Shown piece after piece: positions 29,873-40,224 of a stretch of 64,000 bases of DNA; the first letter of the stretch is position 1, and every line of letters begins with the position of its first letter. Source of the DNA: Escherichia phage vB_EcoM_Kelasse. The position numbers were made by a program, and so were the translations under genes. The notes beneath the pieces are model-generated. The model searched no databases. It saw only the letters and a list, made by a program, of their open reading frames with translations, and was not told the origin of the DNA. The stretch lies in sequence record MW749001.1, one strand, 5' to 3'.

Positions 29873-30009
29873 ATATCAAGAACCGTCATTGAAATGCAAA
29901 ATAAAATTATTGAAATAAATCCATCTGGAGTGCTAAAGAACCCAATCCAACATGCTCTAGTGAATAGATAAAATGCAAGAAAAAGTATCACATATCCAAG
30001 AAATATCAT
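29869..30009 (-). CDS. small hydrophobic peptide (46 aa)
   Basis: Hand-translated MIFLGYVILFLAFYLF...; stop overlaps gp47 ATG. Confidence 0.4.
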   Translation of the reverse strand: MIFLGYVILFLAFYLFTRACWIGFFSTPDGFISIILFCISMTVLDI

Positions 30010-30029
30010 TATATCAAACTCCGTATAAA

Positions 30030-30050
30030 GCTAAAGGGCCGAAGCCCTTT
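30030..30050 (-). terminator. C(UUCG)G tetraloop hairpin downstream of alpha-gt
   Basis: AAGGGC-UUCG-GCCCUU. Confidence 0.5.
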
Positions 30051-31251
30051 ATTTTGTAATAATGTCAAATTGCTCTTTAAAGCAGAAGCTTGAATCTTGA
30101 TGCTGATACAAAAATTCATACGCTTTTTCTCGCTCACGGTCATAAAGAGCTCGGTCAGATGACAGTTCTTTAATACGCTCGAATGTTGATTCCATATCAT
30201 TTTCATCAAACCAAATGATACCGCTATCATGCGAAATTAGCGGAGTATTATCAACACGGAATTTTAAATTTTCGCCAGTAGATTTCCAAAATACCGGAAT
30301 TGTTCCACATGCACCAAGCTCGAGATGAGTATATTCTAAAGAACGTTGTAGATATTTTTTATCCAACTTACTCAACTGATAACCAAAACCGGATTTACTC
30401 ATACGTTCAAGCATTTCGCTATTTACATAACGGTCAAGAATTTGCGTTGGCAAATTAGGAGCAATTTTAATTTGGTCTACTTGATGAAGACGATAATACT
30501 CGTATGGAATTCCTTTTTCTTTAATAGGAATGAACGCTGGAGAACGTTCCAGACCTTCCATAATAGTACTTAGTCCTGCAGGTTTAAGATGTTTTTCATG
30601 AAAATCAAACATCTGATAAAAACCTTTCCATGTAGTCGTACGACCAATCCAACGGTTGATATTCATGTTAATTTCAGAAACATCTTTCCAGTAAGTTGAC
30701 CGAACCTTCGCAATATCCATAGGAGGCTGAAAGTTATATACTGTCGGTGCTTCTTCAATATCATCAAACAGAGAAACAGTTTCTGGATACCATTCTTTCA
30801 TCAGAACTTTATTAAAATCACCATTATCAGAATGGCTAAAAATAACATCAGCTCGACGAACAGTTTCTTCTAATCCCAAATTTCGACGCAAAGAAAGAGA
30901 AGAATGGTCATGCTGATAAACTACAACACGAACCGAAGGTTTAATGTTATCAATAATTTTTTTATAGTTATTAATAGTGTCTTCTTCAACCGAAGTAGCA
31001 GGAACTGAATTGATAATTAGAATATCACAATCATTTACCAGCTTAAGTGTTTTATCATATTCTTTTGCCAATAAAACCGGAATTGAAAATGATTTATAAT
31101 CATGCGCGCAATTACGAGTAAATGATTTATCTTTAGCATAAACCAAAGTTACTTCATGACCATTTTTAATAAACCAATCACGTTGCTCGAGTGAGAATTT
31201 TGTTACACCACAACCTTCAAGACCTCGAGCCATAAAAATACATACTTTCAT
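30049..31251 (-). CDS. a-gt: alpha-glucosyltransferase (hydroxymethylcytosine)
   Basis: 400 aa; recognised as close to T4 alpha-gt. Confidence 0.9.
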   Translation of the reverse strand: MKVCIFMARGLEGCGVTKFSLEQRDWFIKNGHEVTLVYAKDKSFTRNCAHDYKSFSIPVLLAKEYDKTLKLVNDCDILIINSVPATSVEEDTINNYKKIIDNIKPSVRVVVYQHDHSSLSLRRNLGLEETVRRADVIFSHSDNGDFNKVLMKEWYPETVSLFDDIEEAPTVYNFQPPMDIAKVRSTYWKDVSEINMNINRWIGRTTTWKGFYQMFDFHEKHLKPAGLSTIMEGLERSPAFIPIKEKGIPYEYYRLHQVDQIKIAPNLPTQILDRYVNSEMLERMSKSGFGYQLSKLDKKYLQRSLEYTHLELGACGTIPVFWKSTGENLKFRVDNTPLISHDSGIIWFDENDMESTFERIKELSSDRALYDREREKAYEFLYQHQDSSFCFKEQFDIITK

Positions 31252-31494
31252 TTAATATCCTCTTTGTTTTGGTTTATTTTACCAAAAATTTATAAAGCAA
31301 TATAGGAGCCGAAGCTCCTATCCACATAATACGCCATACAGAGGCTCATTAGAACTTTTAAATTTTATGCGCTTATATGTTATAGTTCCTTCTGCTTTAG
31401 CTTTATCATGAGACTCTTTAAAGCGTCTCATCATTTCCTCTTTAGAGGAACGAATTTTATTATAATCTATTTCAGAAGTCTGGGTGTTCATCTT

Positions 31495-31701
31495 TCATAA
31501 TTGCCACCATTTTTTGACTTGATAAGAATCAACCCACACTTTCATATTAGGGTCTGCTCTTACAATAGGAGGATTAACTTCTTTAATTGAACTATCATGG
31601 TATTCTTTTTCAGAAATTTTCACACAAAGATGACCATTCAAAGATTCAGTAAATCCTGCATTAATTTTAAGACGCTTGAATTTTACGTGTGTAAGCATCA
31701 A
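31495..31701 (-). CDS. hypothetical protein (68 aa)
   Basis: ORF track. Confidence 0.45.
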   Translation of the reverse strand: MMLTHVKFKRLKINAGFTESLNGHLCVKISEKEYHDSSIKEVNPPIVRADPNMKVWVDSYQVKKWWQL

Positions 31702-31984
31702 TCATATCCTCAATCTGCGATCTAGTAGTCTTCCAAAGAATACTGATGAGTTCATCGTTATATGGCTGTTTTAGAATATCCCGACTTTTCTTGATAGCAT
31801 ATTCGTATTGAGCAAAATTATTATTTTCAGCTGCAATCTGAGCGTGCTTATAAAGACGATTCAGTTCGCGTTTGTTTTTAGACAATAACTTATTTGCTTT
31901 TCTTTCTGCTTCAAGACGGTTCTTTTCTTCAATAGAAGAAATAAGCTTTTCCACTTCATCATTAATTTCGGGTTTATCAGTCAT
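31667..31984 (-). CDS. hypothetical protein (105 aa)
   Basis: ORF track. Confidence 0.5.
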   Translation of the reverse strand: MTDKPEINDEVEKLISSIEEKNRLEAERKANKLLSKNKRELNRLYKHAQIAAENNNFAQYEYAIKKSRDILKQPYNDELISILWKTTRSQIEDMIDAYTRKIQAS

Positions 31985-31985
31985 A

Positions 31986-32204
31986 TTATTTCTCTAATAT
32001 AAAATAAAAATCATCATCTGTTAAATGATACCGATAGTTTAATTCTACACCATTAGATTTAAAAGCGGTATCATACGGATTTTCTGGATCAATATCAATG
32101 TCAAGAGCTAAAACTTCCCTGAGATACATTTTAAGTAAATAGGGAATAGCTTCAACTTCAGGTATTTCTTCCAAGAATCCGGAGAGGTTAATCGTTAGCC
32201 TCAT
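31986..32204 (-). CDS. hypothetical protein (72 aa)
   Basis: ORF track. Confidence 0.5.
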
Positions 32205-32751
32205 ATAAAAAATCCAAACTAGGAGAATCGTCTACAACACTTTTCTTTTCAGCCCCCGGTGTTCTATAGGTTGATTCTTCGTAATGCGTCATTTTATCGT
32301 AGATGTCTTGAATAAAAGTTTCATCCACTAACGCAACCATATCGTCGTCACGACTGTCATAGACATTGTGAACGAAGTAACTATATTTCTTTGCAACTTC
32401 CTTACGTTCTTTTTTAATACGCTGGACAAATGCATTAAAACAAGCTTGAGTTATATACGCATGTGGGTTTTTATATTTCGTTTCATCAAAATTATGAAGC
32501 CCCTTAATAGAAGCTTCTATACCATCTGCAATCATTTCTTGTTTCCAAGACTGGGTGTATCCTGAAAAGTTGAAACGTTTAGATAAGCCTTCTGCAATAA
32601 GCATAATGGCTAATCCGATAGTATCATTCTGACGAACTACTTTATTTGGGTCTTTATTATTTGCTAATTCTGTTTTCCAATCAATAATAGCTTGTAAAAG
32701 CTCTTTATTGTTTACGTAATTATATTTAGGCTTAGTTTCTGACATTTTCAC
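32188..32751 (-). CDS. 55: late sigma factor gp55
   Basis: 187 aa; recognised as T4 gp55. Confidence 0.9.
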
Positions 32752-32823
32752 CTCTTAGCTCAATTCATAGATCTATTATATCATAATATTTGAAGATCTA
32801 TCTTAAAGCATAGAGGATATCAG

Positions 32824-33093
32824 TTATCTAAGTAAACAGTATGCTTGGAATACTTTTTCCATCATCTTTTTAAATTCATGAATATCTATATAATGACTAG
32901 TTAGATCAGCATGATATAAAAAGTCTAAAAACTTTTCATGTGTACTAACATATTCACTTTCATTTAATTCAGAAACATGGCTTTCCCAATATCCAACACC
33001 AGTCTTATTTGGGAAAAATGAAATTTTCATGTATTGGTCAACATAGAAAATGCCATAATTTTCAATAGTAATAGAAATATTAATAAATTTCAT
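32824..33093 (-). CDS. hypothetical protein (89 aa)
   Basis: ORF track. Confidence 0.45.
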   Translation of the reverse strand: MKFINISITIENYGIFYVDQYMKISFFPNKTGVGYWESHVSELNESEYVSTHEKFLDFLYHADLTSHYIDIHEFKKMMEKVFQAYCLLR

Positions 33094-33305
33094 ACATTCA
33101 TCAACTTAGCCGCTTCAAGAGCTGCATCTAGTGAATCAAATTGGTCAACGTATTCAATCAATTCGCCATAATTGGCATATAACCACCATTGGCTAAATTC
33201 ATACTCAAGGATGAATCCGTTTCCTTCAATTTGAGTTAAACCAATGCCATTTGTATTTACTTCATATCCAGCAAGACGCAAATCGTTAATAAGAGCTTCG
33301 TTCAT
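33090..33305 (-). CDS. hypothetical protein (71 aa)
   Basis: ORF track. Confidence 0.45.
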   Translation of the reverse strand: MNEALINDLRLAGYEVNTNGIGLTQIEGNGFILEYEFSQWWLYANYGELIEYVDQFDSLDAALEAAKLMNV

Positions 33306-33307
33306 AA

Positions 33308-33634
33308 TTATACCTTAGTAATTTTCAGGTCTGCAAATTTTTTCTTGCGTTGATTTTTCATGCGACGAATAGTTTTATCGGAAATTTCATGCTTTTGATA
33401 AGCTTTAGATTCTACACCAAAAGCTTTAACATCAAATTCTGACAAGATATATTGAACCAACAATTCACGGACAGTATTGCGTCCAATCTTCTGATCATTC
33501 TGTTTCATCGTTTGATGAAGCTCTTTTTCCCATTTATCCAAACTTTGAGGAGTTACAATATCGCCTTTTTCTAGCAAAGAAACTACTTTATCATATGCGT
33601 AAGAATTAATGACGTTTTTAATTTGAATAGTCAT
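33308..33634 (-). CDS. hypothetical protein (108 aa)
   Basis: ORF track. Confidence 0.5.
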   Translation of the reverse strand: MTIQIKNVINSYAYDKVVSLLEKGDIVTPQSLDKWEKELHQTMKQNDQKIGRNTVRELLVQYILSEFDVKAFGVESKAYQKHEISDKTIRRMKNQRKKKFADLKITKV

Positions 33635-33668
33635 ACATTATCCTCAATTACGTTAAAATTTTATTATC

Positions 33669-33688
33669 CAAAAAGGGCCGAAGCCCTT
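33669..33688 (-). terminator. C(UUCG)G tetraloop hairpin
   Basis: AAGGGC-UUCG-GCCCUU followed by U-tract. Confidence 0.5.
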
Positions 33689-33887
33689 AGCTAAACTTTT
33701 TGGCACCCTTCCAGCCTTCGTACATCATTGCGGCTGATATTAATATTGCTCCTGAGCAACTTGAATATTTGTGATTCCAAAACCAGTTTAGAAAAACTTC
33801 ATCATCAATACCTTGTGCTATCATATTTTCAAAGAACTGACGACGAGCTTCGGCAATTCGTTGCGATAATTTAGATTCAGGATTCAT
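33687..33887 (-). CDS. hypothetical protein (66 aa)
   Basis: ORF track. Confidence 0.45.
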   Translation of the reverse strand: MNPESKLSQRIAEARRQFFENMIAQGIDDEVFLNWFWNHKYSSCSGAILISAAMMYEGWKGAKKFS

Positions 33888-34103
33888 TTAAATTTCCCAA
33901 TTACCATTTTCATCAATGAATTTAATCCAGTCATTTACTGACCACTTAGTTGTATCGCCTTTTGGAGTAACATTTAAAGTGTATAACCCCTGCTTAAAAA
34001 GCATTCGTTTGATATTCATATTTTCCTCAGCTGTAACGATAACACTCGTTTGATTTACGTTTAGCAACTCGTTGAGAAGTATTATAATCAAAATCATCGT
34101 CAA
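33888..34103 (-). CDS. hypothetical protein (71 aa)
   Basis: ORF track; overlaps next ORF by about 77 nt. Confidence 0.4.
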   Translation of the reverse strand: MTMILIIILLNELLNVNQTSVIVTAEENMNIKRMLFKQGLYTLNVTPKGDTTKWSVNDWIKFIDENGNWEI

Positions 34104-34359
34104 TGTAAACTGATTTTTTCAACTTTCTTACTTCACCACGTAATTGGCGATTTAGCTCATCTTTAACTTCTGAATCAATACCTTTCATTCTACGCCATTT
34201 ATCTGAGCGAAAAATGTTTTCAACCATATCTTTATGACTTACCCCATCAGGAGCTTTACGCTTTCCGAAATAGTCATAATCACGCACTTTTAAGTCTTTA
34301 CGACGATACGTTTTACCCATGGAGTTTAATTTCCTTAGCAACTGAACTAAATGCAGCAC
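34027..34359 (-). CDS. hypothetical basic protein (110 aa)
   Basis: ORF track. Confidence 0.45.
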   Translation of the reverse strand: MLHLVQLLRKLNSMGKTYRRKDLKVRDYDYFGKRKAPDGVSHKDMVENIFRSDKWRRMKGIDSEVKDELNRQLRGEVRKLKKSVYIDDDFDYNTSQRVAKRKSNECYRYS

Positions 34360-34495
34360 GATCGCAAATCATGCGTTTATGTAACTTGAGTATAATATAG
34401 CAAACTTCAAAACTATTTACATGAGTAACACGAACAGCATTACCATTAATGAGATAATACTGTCCCTTTTTAATTTCTTTATCAACCATAACCAT
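34313..34495 (-). CDS. hypothetical protein (60 aa)
   Basis: ORF track. Confidence 0.45.
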   Translation of the reverse strand: MVMVDKEIKKGQYYLINGNAVRVTHVNSFEVCYIILKLHKRMICDRAAFSSVAKEIKLHG

Positions 34496-34652
34496 ATCAA
34501 TTCCTCAAAGGTAATTCATATGTTAATAATACCACAGTTTGAACTTCTTGTAAACAACTTTGTGAAATTATTTTAGGGAACGATAAGAAGGGAACGATAG
34601 CTTAGAATGGTAATATACAGAATGCGAGAAAGAAAGGCCCAGAGGGCCCGTC

Positions 34653-34976
34653 TTAGTCTTCTATGATATCTCTATCATATCCAAGTGAAATGAGAGTTTC
34701 TTTGAAGTGTTTAATGTTCTTTTGTCTAGAATCATTGATGAAAATGACTGGATAACGAATATTAAGAGATGTGAATCCAGCGCGTTTAGCAAGAGATACA
34801 ATCAGTGGACGATCATACTCAATCTTACCATTATTTGTAAGAACTTTATAAAAAGTAAAAGGAGCATTGAGCTCCTTTAGAAGTTTTGTAACTGATTGAC
34901 ATCCAGGACAACGACCTACTTCATCTGGAATTCCATAGACTTCAATCTTATTCTTTAAGTTCGAGTTTTGTTCCAC
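34653..34976 (-). CDS. nrdH: glutaredoxin-like protein NrdH (probable GTG start)
   Basis: CPGC redox motif after KIEVYG strand; track N-terminal extension overlaps another gene and is probably not translated. Confidence 0.6.
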   Translation of the reverse strand: MEQNSNLKNKIEVYGIPDEVGRCPGCQSVTKLLKELNAPFTFYKVLTNNGKIEYDRPLIVSLAKRAGFTSLNIRYPVIFINDSRQKNIKHFKETLISLGYDRDIIED

Positions 34977-35259
34977 GAGAAATAATTCCTTGGTAAGCCC
35001 AATAAGGAGGATTAACAGAATCCTCACCAGAGTTTTCTTCAGGAAAATAAACCTGGATAACGAAGCCGGATTCATCAAAGGTGAAATAAGTAGTAGGCAG
35101 TTCACCTAACAAATCGGCACGAGCGTTGATTTCTTCGAGGTCTTGTTCACGTCCAGCCCAGAAGCTTGGGTTCAGACTACATTCATAGAAATAATAGTCA
35201 TTACCGAACATATCAAAACCATTCCAACTCTCTACTACATACCGCTCAAAACTAATCAT
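34948..35259 (-). CDS. hypothetical acidic protein (103 aa)
   Basis: ORF track. Confidence 0.5.
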   Translation of the reverse strand: MISFERYVVESWNGFDMFGNDYYFYECSLNPSFWAGREQDLEEINARADLLGELPTTYFTFDESGFVIQVYFPEENSGEDSVNPPYWAYQGIISRGTKLELKE

Positions 35260-35261
35260 AA

Positions 35262-35477
35262 TTAAGCCTTTTTATCAAGAACCGCATTCAGCTTGTTAGT
35301 AATTTTATCCAGACGCTCATTGAACTCACTAGAAGATAAGCCCTTTTCTGGAGAAATTAAACTAATCACGAAAAATATAGCAATAAAAGGAATAAGAAAA
35401 ATAGCTCCAACTGCCATAAACAGAAAGAACGTTACAGTTGTAAGAAAATCAGCTAAACCTTTACGAAATTTATACAT
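35262..35477 (-). CDS. small membrane protein (71 aa)
   Basis: One long hydrophobic segment FLTTVTFFLFMAVGAIFLIPFIAIFFVISLI. Confidence 0.5.
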   Translation of the reverse strand: MYKFRKGLADFLTTVTFFLFMAVGAIFLIPFIAIFFVISLISPEKGLSSSEFNERLDKITNKLNAVLDKKA

Positions 35478-35592
35478 ATTTTACCCTTAATTGATTAACC
35501 AAGCATTGATAAGCACTAAACTATATTGCGAATAAAATTCTGGACCAAAATGAAAAATCATATCATTTATAGTATCCATAATGTAATTCAAT

Positions 35593-36063
35593 TTAATCAT
35601 GTGTCCACACCCCATCGGTATTTGACCAAAGTCGCTGATTATCTGATCCTCGCCACAGCTTTTTAGTCGGAAGATTTTTCTCATACTTCCCATCAATAAT
35701 AACATCAACATATTTAAGCATTTCTAGTTGTTTAATATCTTCAAACTTATATCCTGTCCACAACCAAATGCTTTTATTGGGATAAAGATTTTTAATAGTT
35801 TGAACCACAGAGTGAATCACGTCTCTGTTATCAGGATAAAGAGGGTCACCTCCGGTTATAGTTAATCCTTCTATATAATCATTATTCAAACATTCAATCA
35901 ATTGTTCTAGTGTTTCACCAGTGAATGGAATACCATTTCTAGCATTCCATGTTGATTTATTATAACACCCTTCGCATTTATGCAAACAACCTGTAACGAA
36001 AAGAACGACCCTGCAACCAGGGCCATTAACAAAATCGCAAGGATAAAATCTATCATAATTCAT
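35593..36063 (-). CDS. nrdG: anaerobic ribonucleotide reductase activating protein NrdG (radical SAM)
   Basis: 156 aa; CLHKCEGC radical-SAM cysteine motif. Confidence 0.9.
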   Translation of the reverse strand: MNYDRFYPCDFVNGPGCRVVLFVTGCLHKCEGCYNKSTWNARNGIPFTGETLEQLIECLNNDYIEGLTITGGDPLYPDNRDVIHSVVQTIKNLYPNKSIWLWTGYKFEDIKQLEMLKYVDVIIDGKYEKNLPTKKLWRGSDNQRLWSNTDGVWTHD

Positions 36064-37877
36064 TGGTGTTTAACCCTATGCATGATTTCTTTATTTTTGC
36101 CAAGATTAAATCCGCGTTCGTTCGGATTTCCCAAATAACCACATGTTCTTCTTATGGTATTCATCTTTTTAGGATCAGTTTCTCCACAAATAGAACAAAC
36201 AAATCCGTTTTCAGTAGGAGTCATTTCATGGGTACTTCCACATGTAAAACATTTATCTACTGGCATATTAACACCAAAATAATCTAAATGTTGTGCAGCA
36301 TAATCCCATACGGCCTCAAGACCTTTTAAGTTATTTTTCATATCAGGAAGTTCAACATAAGAAATGTGACCACCTGTCGCAATGAAATGATATGGCGCTT
36401 CACGAGAAATCTTTTCAAACGGAGTAATATTTTCTTCTACTGAAACATGGAAACTGTTAGTGTACCAGCCTTTATCAGTGACATCCTTTACACTTCCATA
36501 TTTTTCTGTATCAAGTTTACAGAAGCGATAACAAAGGTTTTCAGCAGGAGTCGAATATAAACTAAAAGCAAATCCAGTTCTTTCAGTCCACTGTTTAAGA
36601 TGAGCATTCATTTTAGTTAAAATTTCTCGTCCAATATCACGACCGACAAGAATATTCAATTCGTGAATACCAATGTATCCTAAAGACACTGAACTTCTAC
36701 CGTTTTTAAATAACTCAATTATGTCGTCATCAGGTTTAAGACGAACCCCGAATGCACCTTCTTGGTAAAGAATAGGAGCAACAGTTGCTTTAACTCCTTT
36801 TAAGGAACTAATTCTACACATCAAAGCTTCAAAACATAAATCCATTCGTTCATTGAACAATTCAACAAATTTCTGTTCATTGAACTGTGTTCCAATATAA
36901 GAATCTAACGCGATGCGAGGAAGATTCAATGTTACAACACCAAGATTATTACGTCCATCAAGAATTTCATTGCCAGTCGAATCTTTCCATACGCTCAAGA
37001 AACTACGGCATCCCATCGGAGAAACAGGAACAGATGAACCAGTGATAGCTTTATTGTTCTTAGCTGAAATAATATCAGGATACATCCTTTTGCTTGCACA
37101 CTCTAGAGCAAGCTGCTTAATATCATAGTTCGGATCGTCTTTATAAAGATTAACACCTTCTTCAACGAACATAACAAGCTTAGGAAAAATAGGAGTTATC
37201 CCATCACGACCGAGACCTTTAATACGATTTTTCAGAATTGCTTTCTGAATCATTCGTTCAGTCCAGTCAGTTCCCGTACCAAATGTAATTGTTACAAAAG
37301 GTGTTTGCCCGTTTGAACTAAAGAGAGTATTTACTTCATATTCATAAGCTTGGAATGCATCGTATACGTCTTTTTCTGTTTTAGATTGAGCATAATTTAA
37401 CGCATCGGCGATTTGCCATTTTTCTGCATCCTCAATATGTTTTGCATAGGTGCGTTTAACATAAGGAGAAAGTACTTTATCTACATTCGCAAAAGTCGTT
37501 CCGCCGTATTGGTGAGAAGCAACCTGTGCAGTAATTTGTGCCATAATTGCAGTAGCAACACCGATTGATTTAGGAGTTTCAATCTGCGCATTACCAAGCT
37601 TAAATCCGTTCTCAAGCATTCCTTTTAAATCTACTAAACAACAATTAGTAAATGGAAGAGCAGGGGAATAATCAATATCGTGGAAATGGATAATTCCGCT
37701 TTCATGTGCTTTCATAATAAAAGACGGGACCATATTTTTGGCAATGTGTTTAGACACAATACCAGCCATAAGGTCCCGTTGAGTTGGAAAAACACGAGAA
37801 TCTTTATTAGCATTCTCGTTTAAAAGGTCTTTATTAGTTTTATGAATCAATCCTTCAATTTCTTTTTCAATTGTCAT
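36060..37877 (-). CDS. nrdD: anaerobic ribonucleoside-triphosphate reductase NrdD, intron-less
   Basis: 605 aa continuous ORF; C-terminal glycyl-radical motif RRTCGYLG and CxxC zinc site. Confidence 0.92.
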   Translation of the reverse strand: MTIEKEIEGLIHKTNKDLLNENANKDSRVFPTQRDLMAGIVSKHIAKNMVPSFIMKAHESGIIHFHDIDYSPALPFTNCCLVDLKGMLENGFKLGNAQIETPKSIGVATAIMAQITAQVASHQYGGTTFANVDKVLSPYVKRTYAKHIEDAEKWQIADALNYAQSKTEKDVYDAFQAYEYEVNTLFSSNGQTPFVTITFGTGTDWTERMIQKAILKNRIKGLGRDGITPIFPKLVMFVEEGVNLYKDDPNYDIKQLALECASKRMYPDIISAKNNKAITGSSVPVSPMGCRSFLSVWKDSTGNEILDGRNNLGVVTLNLPRIALDSYIGTQFNEQKFVELFNERMDLCFEALMCRISSLKGVKATVAPILYQEGAFGVRLKPDDDIIELFKNGRSSVSLGYIGIHELNILVGRDIGREILTKMNAHLKQWTERTGFAFSLYSTPAENLCYRFCKLDTEKYGSVKDVTDKGWYTNSFHVSVEENITPFEKISREAPYHFIATGGHISYVELPDMKNNLKGLEAVWDYAAQHLDYFGVNMPVDKCFTCGSTHEMTPTENGFVCSICGETDPKKMNTIRRTCGYLGNPNERGFNLGKNKEIMHRVKHQ

Positions 37878-38347
37878 TTTAAACTCTTTCTAAGCTGCTT
37901 CTTAAATGAAGCTATTAATTGTGTTTTAGTGTCAGATTCATTATATTCAAATCCTCTTTGAAGCATCTCAGCCATCATTTCCTCTTTTCCTAAACGAGAA
38001 AATTCCTTTGATTTATCTCCAACAAAGTTAGGGTGAATATTATTTTGGGTGTAATCGGATTTTAAATAAGTAAGTAAATTTTCTAACCATTCAAGATAAT
38101 CAACACCTTGCCCCTTTAAGCCAGAACGATTAAATTTATGTTTCATTTGACCTTCTGCGGCATTGCAGAGATTACAAAGCAATCCACGTACCTTTCCTGC
38201 TTTTGGTCCATTTAATTCATGGTCATGGTCGAGGTGATTAGCTTGAACGTCAGGATTTAGTTCTCGTTGGCAAATTAAGCATTTACCATTTTGTGCATCA
38301 TAAAATTTCTGTTTTTCTTCTTTATATAATTTGCCAGTCAATAACAT
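37874..38347 (-). CDS. 49: endonuclease VII gp49 (Holliday junction resolvase)
   Basis: 157 aa; recognised as T4 endo VII, CxxC zinc motifs. Confidence 0.9.
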   Translation of the reverse strand: MLLTGKLYKEEKQKFYDAQNGKCLICQRELNPDVQANHLDHDHELNGPKAGKVRGLLCNLCNAAEGQMKHKFNRSGLKGQGVDYLEWLENLLTYLKSDYTQNNIHPNFVGDKSKEFSRLGKEEMMAEMLQRGFEYNESDTKTQLIASFKKQLRKSLK

Positions 38348-38389
38348 AATAAAACCCTTACCTTAAATAGATAAGGGTATTTATTATTT

Positions 38390-38893
38390 TCAAGTATTGT
38401 AAAACATTTGATTCAATCGCTTATATTGCCGAATCTTTTGGTCAGAAAAAGAAATTTGGGTTTCAAGCCATTCAATATATTCTGCCGCAGCTTGCATCAA
38501 ATTTCCTTCATAGCCATCGTTATTTTCTTGTGCAGCTAATTTAGCTAATGCGTATGAAATACGTTCACCTTGAAAATCGGCTTTAGGCTTCTGAACAACT
38601 TGATTAGTTCTATCTACAACTTCTTCAATTTCGCCATTTTCTACTGATTCAGTATTCCACAAGCACCAATACGTAATTGGCTTATCGTAGATGTTAATAA
38701 TCTTTCCATCAGAAAGTTCAATTTCAATAATTCCAGTATCAGGCTCTATATCATCTTCACATTCTTTTGCAAGTTCACGAACTTTAAAGACAGTACCTGC
38801 ACTAAGTTCCGGCCAGTAATTACACAGCCCTGTATCAGCACGATTAATTCTAAACCACTTATCTACTGTAATCATGTCCCATCTCCATATCAA
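38390..38893 (-). CDS. pin: Pin-position protein (inhibitor of host Lon protease)
   Basis: 167 aa; position downstream of 49; called by position and size only. Confidence 0.5.
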   Translation of the reverse strand: MIWRWDMITVDKWFRINRADTGLCNYWPELSAGTVFKVRELAKECEDDIEPDTGIIEIELSDGKIINIYDKPITYWCLWNTESVENGEIEEVVDRTNQVVQKPKADFQGERISYALAKLAAQENNDGYEGNLMQAAAEYIEWLETQISFSDQKIRQYKRLNQMFYNT

Positions 38894-38998
38894 TTAAGTC
38901 ATTTATCGTTGGTTCATTATATACTGTTTCTTCATCAGTGTAAACCGGTTCTTCCGGCTCTGGCTCTACAGTTTCCCATCTAGCCGCCCACCAAGGTT

Positions 38999-39319
38999 TT
39001 ATAGCGTAATCCATTCTCGTACTGTCTGAGTTACTACACGTTCATGGGGCTCGACTAGTTCAACAGTCGGAACTGCATAATACCAGTCAGAATGATAAGA
39101 ACCTGACCGAGATTCATTTACAGCCACATGTACATTATGTTTTGGACTAAAGTAAACACACTGACGATATTGACATTTACCATCTTGCACCCAGTCTTCT
39201 ATTTCGACAGGTTTAAGATAATCGGAAAAATCGAAATCATAGTTTTCCGAAAATGCATCATGGTCTTCAATGATTTCGCTCAGAACTGCATCAACATCTA
39301 ATTTATTTTCAATAGTCAT
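38999..39319 (-). CDS. hypothetical protein (106 aa)
   Basis: ORF track. Confidence 0.5.
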   Translation of the reverse strand: MTIENKLDVDAVLSEIIEDHDAFSENYDFDFSDYLKPVEIEDWVQDGKCQYRQCVYFSPKHNVHVAVNESRSGSYHSDWYYAVPTVELVEPHERVVTQTVREWITL

Positions 39320-39329
39320 TTTTCACCAA

Positions 39330-39500
39330 TTAATTTCGCAATTTATTAAGTTCTTCATCATCAATCCAGGATTCTAGTCCTGATGGCAGGTCACATTCAA
39401 TTTCCCAAAGAAGTTCTTCAATTTTCTGAAGACGATCTAGTTCTTCGGCTGGAATAGTAACCATTGACGGAGCTCGTGATACATTAATATCGTAAATCAT
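39330..39500 (-). CDS. small acidic hypothetical protein (56 aa)
   Basis: Hand-translated MIYDINVSRAPSMVTIPAEELDRLQK... Confidence 0.45.
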   Translation of the reverse strand: MIYDINVSRAPSMVTIPAEELDRLQKIEELLWEIECDLPSGLESWIDDEELNKLRN

Positions 39501-39502
39501 AT

Positions 39503-39718
39503 TTACCCCAATTTAACCATACAATCGCCGTATTTCCACTTAGAAATAGACTTTTCACCATTAGAATAATAAACTTCGAGTTTAGCACGATTATTTTTAA
39601 TTTGAATAACCTTGGCTGTCATCAAAGTTCCATACCCATAATAAACTGCAACTTCATCACCTACATATACCGCGCTTCCGCGGTAATCATGAATATAGTC
39701 ATTTCCTTCGAGCATCAT
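39503..39718 (-). CDS. hypothetical protein (71 aa)
   Basis: ORF track. Confidence 0.5.
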   Translation of the reverse strand: MMLEGNDYIHDYRGSAVYVGDEVAVYYGYGTLMTAKVIQIKNNRAKLEVYYSNGEKSISKWKYGDCMVKLG

Positions 39719-39978
39719 TTAAAATATTCTCGCAGCTGGTCAAATCCACCAATATGACTTCCATCAGGAGCAAATACCTGGGGCATTGTCAAGCCGATTT
39801 GAGTATCACGACCTAGTTTAGTCAGAAGCTCAGCGATTTTCTCATCATCAAAAACACCTTTTTCCGGCATAATGTTGATAAATTCAAACGGCTGTTTCTT
39901 CACGGTCAAAAGACGTTTTGCATTATCGCAATACACACATTTATGAATGTTGCTATCATAACCATATACTTTAAACAT
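39715..39978 (-). CDS. nrdC: thioredoxin/glutaredoxin NrdC
   Basis: 87 aa; recognised as T4 thioredoxin, active site CVYC. Confidence 0.92.
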   Translation of the reverse strand: MFKVYGYDSNIHKCVYCDNAKRLLTVKKQPFEFINIMPEKGVFDDEKIAELLTKLGRDTQIGLTMPQVFAPDGSHIGGFDQLREYFK

Positions 39979-39979
39979 A

Positions 39980-40222
39980 TTATTCCTTAATTCCTAATAC
40001 TTGTTTAAAAGTCTCGTCGTAATCAAGACTTTGGCCCGTTTGTTCTTTATGTTTGTATATAATATCACTTACTTCTGATAGCATATTTTTATATGAACGA
40101 GTTAAAGCAGATTTAAGCACGCTGTATCTATCAGGAAATTTACCATGTTCATTATAATAAGCTATTGCTAATTCACGGACTGCCTTTTCAGCAGCCTCCA
40201 TATATTCTTTACGCTTGGTCAT
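39980..40222 (-). CDS. hypothetical protein (80 aa)
   Basis: ORF track. Confidence 0.5.
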   Translation of the reverse strand: MTKRKEYMEAAEKAVRELAIAYYNEHGKFPDRYSVLKSALTRSYKNMLSEVSDIIYKHKEQTGQSLDYDETFKQVLGIKE

Positions 40223-40224
40223 TT

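Noticed and set aside
34653-35105. 150-aa form of the NrdH-like ORF with a hydrophobic N-terminal extension
   Set aside because: The extension overlaps the 34948..35259 gene in another frame; the glutaredoxin domain most plausibly starts at the in-frame GTG near 34976.
36060-37877. Group I intron in nrdD
   Set aside because: The reading frame is continuous for 605 codons with intact N- and C-terminal motifs, leaving no room for an intron.
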